In this document: one piece after another, positions 60,720 through 64,000 of the stretch
Position numbering within the stretch: the first letter of the stretch is position 1
How the letters are laid out: each line of letters begins with the position of its first letter
Assembly: GCF_028641065.1 (NCBI RefSeq)
Contig: NC_073408.1
Location: forward strand, 9,052,001 to 9,116,000
Length of the DNA stretch: 64,000 nt
Origin: Leucoraja erinacea
Lineage: Eukaryota
Reading direction: 5' to 3'
Notes under the pieces: generated by a model
What the model was told of the DNA's origin: nothing
What the model saw: the letters and a program-made list of their open reading frames with translations, nothing else
The model's database searches: none
Translations under genes and position numbers: made by a program

Positions 60720-63700
60720 GTAAGGATCACAAAGCACAATGACCAGCAGTAAATTGGTGCTCCGGTTTCCTCCCCGATTACAAAAATGTATGGGTTAATT
60801 GGCTTTGGTAATATTTTAAATTGTCCCTATTGTGAAGGATAGTGCTAGTGTATGGGAGGATTGCTGGTCGGCATGGTCTCGGTGGGCCAAAGTGCCTGTT
60901 TCTGCAATACATCTCTAAAGTCCAAACATCTAATGAAAGATCAAATCTTAGGTTGGACCAACCGGGAGCATTTCGGATCTCTTCAGTGAAGTTGTGTACT
61001 TCATTTTAACATTTTGGTTAATTGTTACTGAACTCAATGAACAAAGTATAAGGAGCAATGAAGTGTAGACAGGAGGGTCTGACATGAGACATGTGATGAA
61101 ACCAACCACCAGAGAGCACTCTTGGTTTATTTCAACGTCTCAATGGTACTTCGTTGTCATGTGTACACTTCAGGGACAGTTCTACTACACAATCATACTA
61201 CATACAAGAGTGTAAGACACTCAGTCACCAAATAACGGTCGCCACCTTTTAGGCATCATCTTTTATACTTCAAGTCTGTGGAATTCTCTGCCTCAGAGGG
61301 CGGTGGAGGCAGGTTCTCTGGATGCTTTCAAGAGAGAGCTAGATAGGGCTCTTAAAAATAGTGGAGTCAGGTATATGGGGAGAATGGGGTACTGATTGGG
61401 GATGATCAGCCATGATTACAATGAATGGCAGTGCTGGCTCGAAGGGCCAAATGGCCTACTCCTGCACCTATTGTCTATTGTCTATGTCAACGTTTTTTTT
61501 TAAGTGTCAGAGTCTTGACTTGTCCATGAGGTCCCGTTGTCCTGGTGGCTGCACTGAGTTGGAGTTGCAGGGATCGGTCTGGCCTGGCGATGTGTCAATG
61601 TCCTCCACCACCGCTCCGTGCCGCTGCAGGCCGCGTCTGCTCCACGTGCTCACTCTCTTGGAGCACCGCCCGATCCAATGGAGCCCACCGCTGCTGCAGG
61701 GCCTCCAGCGACCCACTCCACCCACTCCGGCCCCTCGTCACCGGCCCGTGAACGCAGCGTCCCCTCTCCTCCGGCCACCGCTCGGACTACGTGCCCCAGG
61801 GAACCGCCCGCAGCCGACCCTGAACTGCCTCCGAGGAACCACCAGTTACAGTAACGGTTCTTCCCCCTTGGTATTAGACTATTGAACAGTCCTCTCATAA
61901 GCTAAGTGTTTAGTCCTGATCTCCATAACTATCTGATTGCGGCCCCTAAAATCTACTCTTTCTCTCTGACTAGCACGGCAACACTGTTATTTTCCTTGTT
62001 GCACTACCTCTGTTACTTGTGGCTTGATTGTACTCATGTACAGTATGAGTTGACTGGATAGCATGCAAGCAAACAAACCTTTCACTGTATCCCACAACAT
62101 GTGACAATATTAAACCGATACCAATATTTCTCTAATTTTCATGCTTTGGTTATTAGATTGGCATTGCGTGTCCTACATGTTACATGGACAGTATGGTGTG
62201 GTGTTTCACATGGACTGGACTGCATCAGGGGTGAAGATAGACAAAATACTGGAGTAACTGAGCAGCCTCTGGAGAGAAGGAATGGGCGAAATTTCGGGTC
62301 GTGACCCTTCTTCAGTCACCCATTCTTTCTCTCCAGAGATGCCGCCTGTCCCGCTGAGTTACTCCAGCATTCTGTGTCTGTCTTCGGTTTAAACCAGAAC
62401 TTGCAGTTCCTTCCTCATTTTGTCTGCATCAGGAGTGGTCAGGTGTCAACTTCTAACAGTCAGGGTGGTGCTTGGACGGATTTGTTTACACTCCTGTCTG
62501 TAACTCTGTAACTGTCCCGTGCATATTTGATCAGTGATGCTGCGTTTTATATTAGCGGTGAACCTCAAGATGAAAACAATACATCTGTTTACTTGAACGG
62601 GGCTGTAAGTCTAAACCTTCAACGAAGACCGTGTGCAGTTGGTGTCGTGCGGGCGCGGAGAGCTTTATTGTTTGCAGGTGGAACCTGTAACTGAAATACT
62701 TATGGATTCCGAGTCATACTCTGATTTTCAAAATAATAAATCGCCCGGGAACAGGATTCCTGGGTTTTCCCATCAGTTTTCGGTGTCCACACAGTTGTTT
62801 GTAAGGGCGGGTACAGAGTTGTGGACGAGGCAATGGGCACTGTCCTGCTTGGGAATGGAGTCTCAGTTTATGGACCTGTGTGGATTTTTTGCCTCGCTCT
62901 TTTACAGAGCCTTTCATTTTACAATTTGTGTAAAGTCACGGAGTTATGCAGCGCGGACACTGGTCATTCCGCACACCTTCAATGCTAGAAACCGGTCAAA
63001 CCTAGACAGGTTAACTTTTTATCCAGATGGACACAAAATGCTGGCAAAACTCAATGGGTCAGGCAGCATCTCTGGAGAAGAAGAATAGGTGACGTTTTGG
63101 GTTGGAAGCCTTCTTCAATTCTTTGTCTAGTTTGGCTGCCTTTCCTGAAAATGCAGACGACATTTGTCACTTTCCAGTTATTTGGTCCCTCGCTTGAGGT
63201 AATCTAAGGTTTTAAAATGTCAGTCCCTAGCAATCTCTTCCCTTGCCTCCCATAGTAGCCCGAGGCAAATCTTACCTGTCTCTGGGGATTTCTCCACTTG
63301 AGTCTGTGAATATCTGTTCTTTATTGATGGAGATTTGAACTAAATTTCACTTTCCCCTTTGAGTTCTCCAACTGCGACATCAATTTCCTTTTTCTGAATG
63401 CAAGTTTAGACGAGGGATATGGCGCGGAAACGCCCATGCCGAGATCTCTCCCGCATCTCAGTGCACCCCGCTCCTTCCCTGGTTATTCCAGCTCCCCTTC
63501 CCTGCTGAGTTTCACCGGCCTGATCGGGTTTCCTGCCTGAATGCTGCTTATTCTCGGAGCTGCCGGTTAGAGGCACTCGAGTGGCCCGACGCACAGCTGT
63601 TGGCTTTCCCTCAATTACAAACCCCAGGAGAAGCACGCAATGTGAAATGAAAACTGCAAGCACCGAAACAAAGCTTGCAACTATACGATCAGTTGCTTCC

Positions 63701-64000
63701 ATAATTTTATATTTCAGTTTGTGTTCCTTGGTCGGCAAGTGTTCCTCTTGGACAAAGGAGTTCCCACTTCCCCAAGATTCCCCAAAGCGGAATTGCGATG
63801 CTTCGACTAGCAGCTGCCAGTGTTCAGAGGCAGTGAGGGGTCGCAGAATGTAGCTTCACCCAGTAAAAACCCAGTGACCTCGCAGACGCTCAGCAGATTG
63901 GACGAGTCTGTTCCCAAGCAACTTCCCTATCAAGCAGGCCTGATCTGAGTAGGTTGGAGAGCTCTCCATGTCATTTAGCATGGTCCACAAGCATCTGATC

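Noticed and set aside
60720-64000. Expected ALG9 exon 10 (QNLG.PYWLTL...)
   Set aside because: Not found in the window; presumably downstream, so this is not evidence of truncation

Overview
Vertebrate genomic DNA, almost certainly a cartilaginous fish (skate/ray-like). This is inferred from the alphaB-crystallin sequence and from HE1/V-SINE, CR1, Rex/Babar and Penelope repeats. The window holds the syntenic block known from human 11q23: HSPB2 (-, 2 exons, 177 aa) head-to-head with CRYAB (+, 3 exons, 176 aa), then CFAP68/C11orf1 (-, 3 coding exons) head-to-head with FDXACB1 (+, 5 coding exons, 639 aa), then the first 9 exons of ALG9 (+, runs off the window). All exon boundaries were read as GT-AG with consistent phases. 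Introns and intergenic DNA are dense in transposon fragments. The most notable non-genic signal is a very abundant short Penelope-derived terminal element carrying a minimal hammerhead-ribozyme core (CUGAnGA-stemII-GAAA-CGUC/U). It occurs as TSD-flanked ~100-190 bp insertions and as near-perfect palindromes. Also present: a perfect heat-shock element plus TATA at CRYAB, an X-box-like site at CFAP68, a PIF/Harbinger MITE, a Helitron-like element, a ~340-nt fold-back, G4-prone tracts and one assembly gap. Comparisons to human proteins are from recall, not from a database search.
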